The notes under the pieces are model-generated. The model saw nothing but the letters and a program-made list of their open reading frames with translations. It made no database searches and was not told the DNA's origin. The position numbers were made by a program, and so were the translations under genes. From Candidatus Bathyarchaeota archaeon (lineage in GTDB: Archaea; Thermoproteota; CALKCG01; B24), in assembly GCA_018396755.1 (NCBI GenBank), contig JAGTQM010000002.1, positions 91,609 through 155,608 on the forward strand: a DNA stretch of 64,000 nucleotides. The letters are read 5' to 3'. The first letter of the stretch is position 1. Every line of letters begins with the position of its first letter. This document shows positions 26,009-35,865 of the stretch, in pieces.

Positions 26009-27004
26009 TTAGACTTTAACATACGTTATTTGCGGTGCTGTTTCAGGAGTACCCTTATGTAAACGCGCAGCCACTCTAAGTCTTATGAGCCTTTTAACAG
26101 GACCAGGCACACTACCCTTAATCAAAACATAGTCTCCCCTAATTACACCGTATCTAGCGAAGCCACCCTTAGGTGTAATTTCTTCCCCGTTCACACCTAT
26201 CTTCATTATACGCTTATTATGCTCAATCCTTTGGAAGAAACCCAATTGACCTGCTCTTGGAACCGTACTTAGAACCGTTGCTGGAGACCAAGGTCCAAGC
26301 GTACCAACCTTCCTAACACCCTTCCTCGATTTATGAGGACGACGTTTAACACCCCATCTCTTGATGACCCCTTGAAAACCTTTACCTTTAGTAATAGCGG
26401 AAACGTCCACGTACATTCCTTCCTTTAAAACATCTCTAGCTCTGATCTCTTTACCGAGGATGCTTAAACAGTATTCTAGTCTATCTTCTATAGAGCCACC
26501 TCCAACACCTATCTCAAATAGTTCGGGTGTCTTCTTTCTAAGACCAGAAAGACGGGGTTGAGAACAGGTTAGAACTCTAACCTCTGATATTCTATCTACG
26601 CTACTCTTAATTCCTTTAATCATTTCATCACGGTTAAATTTTTCAGGAATCGTAAGAATCCTTTCAATATCCTTTGGAGGCTTATCAACCCACACTTCTC
26701 CAAGTGTTTTTAAACCGTAAGGCGTATTTTCATAACATCTTACAGCAACTATGTAAAGAGGAGGAGCATCTAAAACAGTTACGGGTACGAGTATTTCTTT
26801 ACCATAATGTGGAGAACCGCGAGTGTCGTCAATAACCGACACATGAGCCATGCCTGCCTTGTAACATGCAAAGCCTAGTAGCCTAGGTTTATCGTAGATT
26901 ACACTAGGCCAAAATCCAATCCTTCCAACAATCGAGCTGGCTCTAACTTTAGGAATATAAGCTAATGAGCCTCTCTTCGGCGCCCTCTTTTTCCTACGAC
27001 CCAT
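26009..27004 (-). CDS. rpl3: 50S ribosomal protein uL3
   Basis: 331 aa. MGRRKKRAPKRGSLAYIPKVRA, TKGKGFQGVIKRWG and PRAGQLGF motifs. Confidence 0.92.
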   Translation of the reverse strand: MGRRKKRAPKRGSLAYIPKVRASSIVGRIGFWPSVIYDKPRLLGFACYKAGMAHVSVIDDTRGSPHYGKEILVPVTVLDAPPLYIVAVRCYENTPYGLKTLGEVWVDKPPKDIERILTIPEKFNRDEMIKGIKSSVDRISEVRVLTCSQPRLSGLRKKTPELFEIGVGGGSIEDRLEYCLSILGKEIRARDVLKEGMYVDVSAITKGKGFQGVIKRWGVKRRPHKSRKGVRKVGTLGPWSPATVLSTVPRAGQLGFFQRIEHNKRIMKIGVNGEEITPKGGFARYGVIRGDYVLIKGSVPGPVKRLIRLRVAARLHKGTPETAPQITYVKV

Positions 27005-27012
27005 TTGTTAAC

Positions 27013-27028
27013 CCTCTTTCTAAAGAGG
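27013..27028. promoter_or_regulatory. 16-nt palindrome in the uL3 5' leader
   Basis: CCTCTTT-CT-AAAGAGG, 9-24 nt upstream of the uL3 ATG (27004). It lies downstream of TATA-like TTTTATTTA (- strand, 27055-27063). Confidence 0.3.
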
Positions 27029-27105
27029 CACGTGAGAACACAACAAGAAGAATCTAAATAAAAGGTTTTCGTCGACTACTTCCATTCACATGGATAATAC
27101 TTACG

Positions 27106-27119
27106 TCTTCTTAAGAAGA
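27106..27119. promoter_or_regulatory. Perfect 14-bp palindrome upstream of the GH116 gene
   Basis: TCTTCTTAAGAAGA equals its own reverse complement. It sits 47 nt upstream of ATG 27166. Confidence 0.3.
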
Positions 27120-27165
27120 TATCTTAAACCTCTTTCCTTAATTAAAATCGACATAAGCTCTTTCT

Positions 27166-29841
27166 ATGCATCACAGCTCCTACTTAGCACCCTCCTTGGA
27201 TAAACCACAGTTAAATATTATTTTGTCTTTAAGTCTACTTACTGACGTGAGTCGATCTATTATCTATGAAGGTAGGAAGACTTGGCAAATCTCATTTCCT
27301 TTAGGAGGTATTGGAACTGGTTGCATAGGTTTAGCTGGAAATGGAAGACTGATAGACTGGGAGATCTTCAACAGACCTAATAAAGGAGGATTAAACGGTT
27401 TTTCACACTTCGCTATAAAAGCCGAATCTGATGGAAAAGTTTTAGACGCTAGGATTTTAAATGGCGATTTACCACCTCCCTATAGTGGAGAGCTCTCTAA
27501 ACCACCGTTCCAATCATTCGGTTTCGGTCCTCCAAGAGGATATATGACTGGTTTTCCCCACTTTAAGAAAACCAAGTTTGAGGGGGGTTTCCCCATAGCG
27601 AAAATTTCGTTTGAAGACGATGACTTCCCAGGGGAAGTAGAGATGATAGCATTCAACCCGTTTATTCCATTAAATGATAGAGACTCCAGCATACCTGCAG
27701 CATTCTTCGAAGTCAAAATACGTAATACGAGTGATAAGAGAATAGTATATACAGTTTGTCTTTCTATGAAAAATCCCCTACCATCAGGTACAACAAATAT
27801 GTACTGTGAGATGGGGGACATCAAATTTATAAAACTCGGCTCTAAAACATTCAGAGAAGACTACTTAAACTATGGCAATTTAACCATAGCCACAGATGCT
27901 GTAGATGTAAGCTATCAAGAGTACTGGTATCGCGGATCTTGGTTCGACGAGTTGGCTGTATATTGGAGAGACTTCTCTTCGCCAGGTAGGCTTAGAAATA
28001 GGTGTTACAGCGAAAGCAAGCCCAACGTTAAAGACCACTGCTCACTAGCAACACATTTTCAAGTTAATCCAGGCTGTGAAGGAAGCGTTAGATTCATAAT
28101 AAGCTGGTATTTTCCAAACTGTTTCAATTATTGGAATCCTGAAGAGGGAGGGAAAGTTAAGACTTGGAAGAATTACTACGCTACTATTTTTAAAGACTCT
28201 ACAGAAGTAGCCGTTTATGGGCTTAAGAACTGGGATAGGCTTTATGGGGAGACGCTAGAATTTAAAGAGGCATTATTCTCTTCAACACTTCCGTCCTTTG
28301 TAATAGACGCAATATCTGCAAACATCTCCATCTTAAAGACCCCAACAGTACTACGCTTAGAAGACGGTTCTCTATATGGGTTTGAAGGATGCCATCCATC
28401 ATCTGGATGCTGTGAAGGAAGTTGTATGCATGTGTGGAATTACGCCGTTACGACGGCCTTTCTATTTCCAAGCCTTGAACGATCCATGTTAGACCTCTAC
28501 TTTAAATATTGTCAAAATGAAGATGGAAAACTAAGTTTCCGTCTCCAACTTCCCCTAGGTAGGGGATTATGGAAGTTTCCACATGCAGCAGTAGATGGAC
28601 AATTCGGCTGTGTGATCAGAGCCTACAGATTCTGGAAAATCTCTGGAGATACCTCATGGCTAAAATCCGTATGGAGTAATATTAGGAAGGCAATCGAATA
28701 TGCTTGGGCTGAAACAAATGAAGATATGTGGGATTTAAATAAGGATGGTGTAATTGAGGGGAGACAACACCACACTTTAGACATGGAGCTTTTTGGTCCA
28801 AACTCATGGCTCACAGGGTTTTATCTTGCAGCTCTTAAAGCAGGAGCAGAAGTGGCAAGACATTTGGGTGAAGTGGATAAGGCTGAGGAGTATCTGGAGA
28901 TGTTTGAGAAGGGCAGGAAGTGGGTGGATCAGAATCTTTTCAATGGAGAATACTATTATCAACTCGTAGATTTAAATGATAAGAGTATTCTTGAGCGATT
29001 TAAACAAGTAGATGATAAAGTTGTAGACACGTATTGGGATGATGAGCATGGTGAGATCAAATACCAGATAGGTGAAGGTTGTGAAATAGACCAGGTAGTA
29101 GCTCAATGGCATGCGAATATTTCAGGACTTGGAGAAATATTCGATAAATCAAAAGTGAGAAAAGCTCTAGAAGCCATATATAAGTATAACTTCAAGAAGG
29201 ATTTAAGGAAGTTTGCAAATCCATGCCGTATATTCAGTTTAAACGACGAAGCTGGTGTAGTTATATGTGAATGGCCTAAGGGAAGACGTAAACCTGTAAT
29301 ACCAATACCCTATGCTGAAGAAACCATGAACGGGTTCGAATATGCCGTTGCAAGCCATATGATACAGGAAGGGCTTATTGAGCAAGGATTAGAAATAGTA
29401 AAAGCCATTAGAGATAGATATGACGGAGAGAAACGAAACCCTTGGAATGAGATCGAGTGTGGAAGTAACTACGCCCGCTCTATGGCTTCATACGCTCTCT
29501 TAGTGGCTTTAAGTGGATTTGAATTTGACTCAGCTAAGGAATACGTAGGCTTCAATCCACGCATAAACGAAAACGATAGGTTTAGATGTTTCTGGTCTCT
29601 CGAGTCAGGGTGGGGTGTTTTCGAATCAGATAAATCCCAAGTTCTAATTCAAGTTAAACATGGAGAACTAAGAGTGAGAAGGTTAAAACTTCCATTCTTA
29701 AGGAAACGTAAGATTGAGTCCATCTTAGTAGATGGAAGAAACGTTGGATTTAAAGAGGGGGATGAAGAAATAACGTTGGACAATACATACTCAGTCTGCG
29801 GAGGACTAGCGATCCGGCTTTCTACAGACAACCTAAGTTAA
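27166..29841 (+). CDS. GH116-family glycoside hydrolase (beta-glucosidase/GBA2-like)
   Basis: 891 aa. N-terminal ISFPLGGIGTGCIGLAGNGRLIDWEIFNRPNK is typical of GH116, and the C-terminal (alpha/alpha)6-type region has NPWNEIECGSNYARSMA. An alternative GTG start is at 27247. Confidence 0.8.
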   Translation: MHHSSYLAPSLDKPQLNIILSLSLLTDVSRSIIYEGRKTWQISFPLGGIGTGCIGLAGNGRLIDWEIFNRPNKGGLNGFSHFAIKAESDGKVLDARILNGDLPPPYSGELSKPPFQSFGFGPPRGYMTGFPHFKKTKFEGGFPIAKISFEDDDFPGEVEMIAFNPFIPLNDRDSSIPAAFFEVKIRNTSDKRIVYTVCLSMKNPLPSGTTNMYCEMGDIKFIKLGSKTFREDYLNYGNLTIATDAVDVSYQEYWYRGSWFDELAVYWRDFSSPGRLRNRCYSESKPNVKDHCSLATHFQVNPGCEGSVRFIISWYFPNCFNYWNPEEGGKVKTWKNYYATIFKDSTEVAVYGLKNWDRLYGETLEFKEALFSSTLPSFVIDAISANISILKTPTVLRLEDGSLYGFEGCHPSSGCCEGSCMHVWNYAVTTAFLFPSLERSMLDLYFKYCQNEDGKLSFRLQLPLGRGLWKFPHAAVDGQFGCVIRAYRFWKISGDTSWLKSVWSNIRKAIEYAWAETNEDMWDLNKDGVIEGRQHHTLDMELFGPNSWLTGFYLAALKAGAEVARHLGEVDKAEEYLEMFEKGRKWVDQNLFNGEYYYQLVDLNDKSILERFKQVDDKVVDTYWDDEHGEIKYQIGEGCEIDQVVAQWHANISGLGEIFDKSKVRKALEAIYKYNFKKDLRKFANPCRIFSLNDEAGVVICEWPKGRRKPVIPIPYAEETMNGFEYAVASHMIQEGLIEQGLEIVKAIRDRYDGEKRNPWNEIECGSNYARSMASYALLVALSGFEFDSAKEYVGFNPRINENDRFRCFWSLESGWGVFESDKSQVLIQVKHGELRVRRLKLPFLRKRKIESILVDGRNVGFKEGDEEITLDNTYSVCGGLAIRLSTDNLS

Positions 29842-30759
29842 AATTCCTCGGATCTTCTTAAGCTCAGGACGATCCATATCATCATCTTGATACGCATAGG
29901 TAAACTCCTTGAGACTTGTTGCAGCACCTACATCACCCTTATTATTCAACGCTAAAACTGCTATCCCATTTATAAAGTTCTTAAGATAAAGGGTTTCACA
30001 TATAGCTTTCTCACAGGCTTCATGAGGATTTAACCCCATACTCATAAGATCGCATACCCTTTTTGAGAGACAGTAGTTTACAGCTATTTCACCAACTCCA
30101 GTTGTAACAGCACCTCCTGTTCTATTGTCGACGTATATACCAGCTCCTATTATAGCGGAGTCTCCGACTCTACCAGGCATTTTCATGAATAGACCGGCTG
30201 TAGAATTCCCCGCCGCCATGGAACAGTTTGTATCTAAAGCTATAACGCTTACCGTTTCTCTCCAAAAATCTCGCATAACTCTGAGAACCTTACCGTAAAA
30301 TGAACGTTCCTCTAATGCCTCACGTTTAATCTTCTCAAGCATTTCCACCCATTTCTCCCTTGCATTAGGCTTCCAGAAAAATTCCTGTTTAAAACCGCAT
30401 TTTAAAGCGAATTCTAAAGCACCTTCACCTACAAGTAATATATGCGGTGTAAGCTCCATAACTTTTCTAGCTACAGATATCGGATGTCTTATATGCTTTA
30501 AAGCTCCGACAGCACCGCATCTGAGAGTACCCCCATCCATTATGGAAGCGTCGAGTTCAACCTCCCCCTTAAAGTTTGGAAGCCCACCTAAACCAACAGT
30601 TAAAACCTCTAAATCATCCTCTACTACTTTTATACCTTCTTCAACAGCATCCAGTGGTGAACCTCCAGACTTTAGAATAGCTAAGCCTTTCGCGACAGCT
30701 TTAAAACCGAAGTCCCATGTAGCAACCATAACCCGTTTCATTTCACTCTGAAAATCCAT
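29833..30759 (-). CDS. Ntn-hydrolase of the asparaginase_2 family (glycosylasparaginase / isoaspartyl peptidase-like)
   Basis: 308 aa. VGLGGLPN, nucleophile context ETVSVIALD, GDSAIIGAG and GAVTTGVGE motifs. Confidence 0.75.
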   Translation of the reverse strand: MDFQSEMKRVMVATWDFGFKAVAKGLAILKSGGSPLDAVEEGIKVVEDDLEVLTVGLGGLPNFKGEVELDASIMDGGTLRCGAVGALKHIRHPISVARKVMELTPHILLVGEGALEFALKCGFKQEFFWKPNAREKWVEMLEKIKREALEERSFYGKVLRVMRDFWRETVSVIALDTNCSMAAGNSTAGLFMKMPGRVGDSAIIGAGIYVDNRTGGAVTTGVGEIAVNYCLSKRVCDLMSMGLNPHEACEKAICETLYLKNFINGIAVLALNNKGDVGAATSLKEFTYAYQDDDMDRPELKKIRGILT

Positions 30760-30790
30760 TTAAACATGTTTAGCTTTTATAAATTTAACC

Positions 30791-31753
30791 TTGAAGCTGG
30801 AGATACCGAGGATAATACTGGGTGCACAACCATTCCTTGGAGAATCATATCAGGGTGAAGAGAAGAACAGCGTATACAGGATTAGGTTTTCAAATGTATA
30901 CTATACAGTTGAACTTTTACGAAAGGCGTATGAAAGCGGTTTAAATACGGTATCGGTCATGAGCATGCCGGGCAATGAATTATTTAAGAAGCTTTTAGAA
31001 GCCTTAAGGCTTCTCAAGAAAGAAGACACTGTTTTCCAAGTTGCACCATGTATAAGCATACCGCTGAAGCTGGAGGACTACCCTGTCGACGATTACAGAA
31101 GATGGCTTACTTATTTCGACTATGAATGTAGATACTTCGACCCGAAGGAGCTTGAGAAGAAGTATTTAAAGGACCCTATTCTGTTAACAAGGCCAAATTG
31201 GAGGAGGCTCTTCCTCCAGATGATGGAGGGGGGAAAGCCATATAACCAAGAGGATTTTGAAAAGATTCAGGTTGATTTTAAACTGTTGGAAAATAGGGTT
31301 TCTGCCTTCGAAGAATTTGAAAAGCCATTCATAAACTTGGGCTCAGAATGCGATTTCTTAGCAATGACGGGTAGATTGGATATTTTAAACAGGCTAATTG
31401 AATGGTTAAAGTCTAAAGGCTTTAGCCGTGTTCTCATATCTTCCCACCATGCCGGATCTACAATACCGATTATTGAAAACTCGGGTTTAAAAATAGATGG
31501 ATATGTCACCCCTGTGAATCCTATAGGTGCTTTAATGCTTCCGACAGCTGAAGAAGCACTGAAAGCCATTAGACTAGTCGCCGATAGAGTAGTAGCAATT
31601 AAACCCTTAGCTGGAGGAAGAGTTAACCCATATGAAGCCTTTAACTTTCTTACTAACAATAACATCAAACATTTTATGTTAGGAGTCGCTTCGCTCGAAG
31701 AACTTAAAGCAGATTTAGAGGCAGTTGGACAAGTATTTCAAACGTTTAAATGA
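30791..31753 (+). CDS. Hypothetical protein
   Basis: 320-aa ORF with normal composition; no family recognised. Confidence 0.4.
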   Translation: MKLEIPRIILGAQPFLGESYQGEEKNSVYRIRFSNVYYTVELLRKAYESGLNTVSVMSMPGNELFKKLLEALRLLKKEDTVFQVAPCISIPLKLEDYPVDDYRRWLTYFDYECRYFDPKELEKKYLKDPILLTRPNWRRLFLQMMEGGKPYNQEDFEKIQVDFKLLENRVSAFEEFEKPFINLGSECDFLAMTGRLDILNRLIEWLKSKGFSRVLISSHHAGSTIPIIENSGLKIDGYVTPVNPIGALMLPTAEEALKAIRLVADRVVAIKPLAGGRVNPYEAFNFLTNNNIKHFMLGVASLEELKADLEAVGQVFQTFK

Positions 31754-31909
31754 TTCAAGTCTACATGGCCTCGTCCATTTCTCGAGGGCTGTAGGAGAGG
31801 TTGGCTTAATATTAGACGGCAACAACTTTATCTTCGAAATTTTTCAAGAAGACTTTTAAAGGTTGAAGTATTGCTCTAAGCGTAGGATTAAGTATCGGCA
31901 TGTAGGAAG

Positions 31910-32650
31910 ATGGTAGTATTGAATAATACGAAGACGGCTTTAGTTGAACTTGTAAATGTCTGTAAAGAGTATAGAGTGGAGGGAGTAGTTACAATGGCAC
32001 TTAAAGATGTAAATTTTAAAGTGTATGAAAAAGACTTAGTTGCGATAATGGGTCCATCCGGCTCCGGTAAGACGACACTACTTAACATGCTTGGACTTCT
32101 TGATCGACCGACCAGTGGAAAAATAATCTTTGATAGTCAAGACATTTCAAAATTAAGCGATAAAGAGCTTGCCAATCTGAGGAATACAAAGTTGGGCTTC
32201 GTATTTCAAACCTTCAACTTGATCAATAGATTAACCGTTTTTGAGAATGTAGAACTCCCACTGATACCTAAAGGTCTCTCAAGAAACGTAAGAGCTAAGA
32301 TGGTTGAAGAGGCATTGATTAAAGTTGGAGGGGGAACAGAGTGGTTAAAAAAGAGACCTAACCAACTTTCTGGAGGACAGCAGCAGAGAGTTGCGATTGC
32401 AAGGGCTATTGTTGGAAGACCAGCCGTAATACTAGCTGATGAACCTACTGGAAATCTAGATAGAATGTCGGCAAAGATAGTCATTACAACTCTTCTAGAG
32501 TTGAATAAAGAAGGACATACTGTAATAATTGTGACGCATGACCCTGAAGTCGCGAATTGCACTCAAAAGATATACGTAATCAGAGACGGAACAATAGTTG
32601 GTGAATACAGACCAAATCCTGACGAATCTCTTATTAAGAAGCTATCATAA
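31910..32650 (+). CDS. ABC transporter ATP-binding protein (MacB/LolD-type)
   Basis: GPSGSGKTTLLN, LSGGQQQRVAIARA, ILADEPTGNLD and VTHD motifs. Confidence 0.9.
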   Translation: MVVLNNTKTALVELVNVCKEYRVEGVVTMALKDVNFKVYEKDLVAIMGPSGSGKTTLLNMLGLLDRPTSGKIIFDSQDISKLSDKELANLRNTKLGFVFQTFNLINRLTVFENVELPLIPKGLSRNVRAKMVEEALIKVGGGTEWLKKRPNQLSGGQQQRVAIARAIVGRPAVILADEPTGNLDRMSAKIVITTLLELNKEGHTVIIVTHDPEVANCTQKIYVIRDGTIVGEYRPNPDESLIKKLS

Positions 32651-32691
32651 GATAAAACTAGTATTCATGTCAATTTGAAGGTGTATAGGCT

Positions 32692-35600
32692 TTGAAAAGA
32701 GGAAGTCTTGCCTTCATACTGCTTTTAACGATACTACTGACGGGTGTTACTTCTTTTGAAATAGATGTGTATTGTCAGAAGGAGTTCAGCATAGTTGGAG
32801 TAAATGTTAAATCCTCGTCGGGTTCATCAAACATATACCCTGGCAGTAGAAGAGTTAGCTTGAGAATTGAAGCCATTTATGTGGGTGTTGAAGCAGAGAC
32901 AGTAGTAGGACTTTTAAAAACACCTACAGGTATAGAATTCAGCGCAGGAAGCGGTTCATCGGCACCAGCAAAATTTCTAAATGGGTCTGTTGCATACAGA
33001 GTTAAAACTGGAGATTACATAACTTTCGACTATTTACTGGATATATCAAACTCATTGCAACCTGGCACGTACAATTTAATATTGAACATAACTTACCGCT
33101 CTAATTCAAACCTTTCATATGAAGAGCATACAATAGCTATAAGTGTTTACGATTACCCTGGCATCTTTCTGAGAGTTGTTGATGGTTACCTATCACCAGC
33201 AACCTATCCAGGCTCAAGTGATACAAACCTCTACGTTCTACTGGAAAATACCGGTGATTCTACAATAAATTCAGCTAGTTTTAATCTTTCATTACCAAAA
33301 GGCTTTATAGCTGATAATTCTAAAGCAACTGTTGGACTTGTCAACAAAGGTGAAAGGTTTACTTTAACATTTTCAGGTGTTTCGATACCTATTGATGCAT
33401 CGATCGGCGTTTATACAGCTGAAGTTTACGTAGATGCAAGCATGAGGACTGAAGATGGTGTTGCATACAATGATGCAACAACGTTTAATGTACAGTTTAG
33501 TGTAACCACTCCTCCACGTGAAGACCCAATAATGATCTCATATGTTTCAGTGACGTATCGGGGTGAGGCAGCACCATTACTTCCATCGGCAAGGGGAGTT
33601 ACTCTTAGAATCGGCTTAATTAATAGACTCTCCGATGTCATAGGTGCTATGAGTATTATACCTCTACTTCCAAACGGGATGGAGGCGACGTCTATCTCTG
33701 GAACATATGTCAATGGAATGGGAGCTGGAGGTTCTTCCTTTATAGATATAACAGTTGATGTAGATTCAACCGTAAAGCCTGGTCAATACGACGGATTACT
33801 CAGCATATCCTACGTTAAAATCGTTTCTGGGGCTTCTTTCTTAGCATACCAGAATGTGAGGTTTCAGATTACTGTTGAAAGCTTTCACAGTTACGTGCCA
33901 GAACTTGCCATTTCATCCACCTATTGGGGTTCTCCAAATCCAAACCCAGCATATGAGAGTTCACAGTATACCCCGTTGACTTTAAGTTTTATCAATAAAG
34001 GACGCTATGACATTGTTGGAGGCTTTGTTAACGTAAGTTCAAAATACTTGAGAACGGTTAAGGGTTCGGAAACGCTACCAACCAGGTTGATGCCAGGGTC
34101 TTCTGCATCTGTTACCCTCTACTTCGACATAAACGCTTCCATCAAATTTATCCCAATTGAGGTCTCCGTGGATTACATCTTCGACGAATTTGGAACACAT
34201 ATCGAGGTAACTCGGAGGTTTATAATTAATCTTCCAATAGAAAAATATCCGGCCTCAAACGGTAAGCTTTCAATAGTTGACTCTGGCTGGCAGAACAACT
34301 ACAGCGTTTTTCCAGAAACCGATAATGCGACATATCAGGTGACCATCGCAAATCGAACCCCATTCTCTATAGGTGGAATAAACCTTATACTTAAACTACC
34401 TAAAGGTATGACTTCAAGCGGACGAGATGAAACTAATGCGTACATTGAAGGACCCATAAGGAGTTTAAGCACTTTTACTGCTTCATTTATAATTTCCGTT
34501 GGGAAAACACAGCCGGGAAAATATAATGGGACTTTAATAGTAGATTTCATAGTTTTATCTGGTGGACCTGGAGTTAAATGCATTGAAGAATATGATTTAA
34601 CAATCAGTATATGCGACGATTGCCAGGCGGTAGAGTTCATAGATAGTAGGTGGTATGAAGGCGCAGTTGGCCCTAATACTTACGGGGCACATTTACTGGT
34701 ATCGATTAGAAATAACTACGTAGATAATATGAGAGGCGTTGTTTTAGAGTTGAATTTACCAAACGGTATCTTTAATTCTCACGATAATTCCTCTTACGTT
34801 AAAATCGCCCCAGTATCTGGAGAAGTTGCTGGATTGATCCAGCAAATGCAGATTCCAACTCTAGAGGAGCTATTAAGCATCTACCAAGTGGAGGCCCCTC
34901 AAACTTTTTCTAGGGGTAACATTTTAACGTTTGTTGTAAGTGTTAACATATTTGATTTGGACGTTGGACGGTACAATGCTGATGGTAGACTTTCTTACAT
35001 AGATCAATGGGGTACTAGAAGAGCAGTAAATGTTACGATTCCAATTACGATTTTAGGGAGAACAAGCTACGTTGAACTCTATATGAATGGAAGTTTAAAC
35101 GTTAGAAAACGTTTTACAAACGCCTCATTGACTATAGTAAACGTGGGAAGCTCTCCAATGTACGATGTTTACATAGTAATATCACCTTATCGAGAAGCCG
35201 CTATTTTAATACCATCCCCTTCGATAGTTTACGTTGAGAATATTGCTCCAAATGGTAGACGCGAAATACCAATTGCATTAGCCTATAACCCGCTTGGTTC
35301 AGTAACACAAGCTGAGGGAGTAGCTGTGATCACATATGGTCCTGTTCCACTTATGATTTCAATGGTTTATAAGGATGCAAGTGGTATGGTTAAAAGGTTT
35401 AACAATACAGTAACGATTGTGGTTGAGCCGTTTATAGACCTTCAGATAAGAGAGGTCAAAGCTACTGGGACACCTTCATCTTCAACCGTTTCAGGTATTA
35501 TCGTAAACTATGGTTCGGCTACGGCTTACAGAGTTGAAGCTAGCTTGAAAGTTAACGATGTGAGTAGGTCAACCCTCATTGGAGATATCGACCCAGGCTC

Positions 35601-35865
35601 AGAAGTGGCTTTCAGAATAGATGTCCCGGCTTACAATGAAACTGGAGTACTATGGATAAGGTACTATAATATCTTCAATGAATTAAATTATAGTGAAGTA
35701 ATTGTTAAGATAATTTTACGGGAGGAGACAACCACAACACCAGTTCAAAGCAAGGGAATTGGTATTGAGACTTGGATAATAATAGTTGCCGTCGCGGTGT
35801 TTCTAACAGTTTCAGCATTTCTAATCTATAGGTTTTTAAAGACCCATTCAACTGGTAGAGCTTAG
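32692..35865 (+). CDS. Giant cell-surface protein of repeated beta-sandwich domains (COG1361/CARDB-like), with signal peptide and C-terminal TM anchor
   Basis: 1057 aa. N-terminal signal LAFILLLTILLTGVTSF. Recurring ~100-aa units with the pattern PG....L...I.N.G......V...L..P.G. Thr-rich linker TTTTPV followed by TM helix WIIIVAVAVFLTVSAFLIY at the C-terminus. Confidence 0.7.
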   Translation: MKRGSLAFILLLTILLTGVTSFEIDVYCQKEFSIVGVNVKSSSGSSNIYPGSRRVSLRIEAIYVGVEAETVVGLLKTPTGIEFSAGSGSSAPAKFLNGSVAYRVKTGDYITFDYLLDISNSLQPGTYNLILNITYRSNSNLSYEEHTIAISVYDYPGIFLRVVDGYLSPATYPGSSDTNLYVLLENTGDSTINSASFNLSLPKGFIADNSKATVGLVNKGERFTLTFSGVSIPIDASIGVYTAEVYVDASMRTEDGVAYNDATTFNVQFSVTTPPREDPIMISYVSVTYRGEAAPLLPSARGVTLRIGLINRLSDVIGAMSIIPLLPNGMEATSISGTYVNGMGAGGSSFIDITVDVDSTVKPGQYDGLLSISYVKIVSGASFLAYQNVRFQITVESFHSYVPELAISSTYWGSPNPNPAYESSQYTPLTLSFINKGRYDIVGGFVNVSSKYLRTVKGSETLPTRLMPGSSASVTLYFDINASIKFIPIEVSVDYIFDEFGTHIEVTRRFIINLPIEKYPASNGKLSIVDSGWQNNYSVFPETDNATYQVTIANRTPFSIGGINLILKLPKGMTSSGRDETNAYIEGPIRSLSTFTASFIISVGKTQPGKYNGTLIVDFIVLSGGPGVKCIEEYDLTISICDDCQAVEFIDSRWYEGAVGPNTYGAHLLVSIRNNYVDNMRGVVLELNLPNGIFNSHDNSSYVKIAPVSGEVAGLIQQMQIPTLEELLSIYQVEAPQTFSRGNILTFVVSVNIFDLDVGRYNADGRLSYIDQWGTRRAVNVTIPITILGRTSYVELYMNGSLNVRKRFTNASLTIVNVGSSPMYDVYIVISPYREAAILIPSPSIVYVENIAPNGRREIPIALAYNPLGSVTQAEGVAVITYGPVPLMISMVYKDASGMVKRFNNTVTIVVEPFIDLQIREVKATGTPSSSTVSGIIVNYGSATAYRVEASLKVNDVSRSTLIGDIDPGSEVAFRIDVPAYNETGVLWIRYYNIFNELNYSEVIVKIILREETTTTPVQSKGIGIETWIIIVAVAVFLTVSAFLIYRFLKTHSTGRA

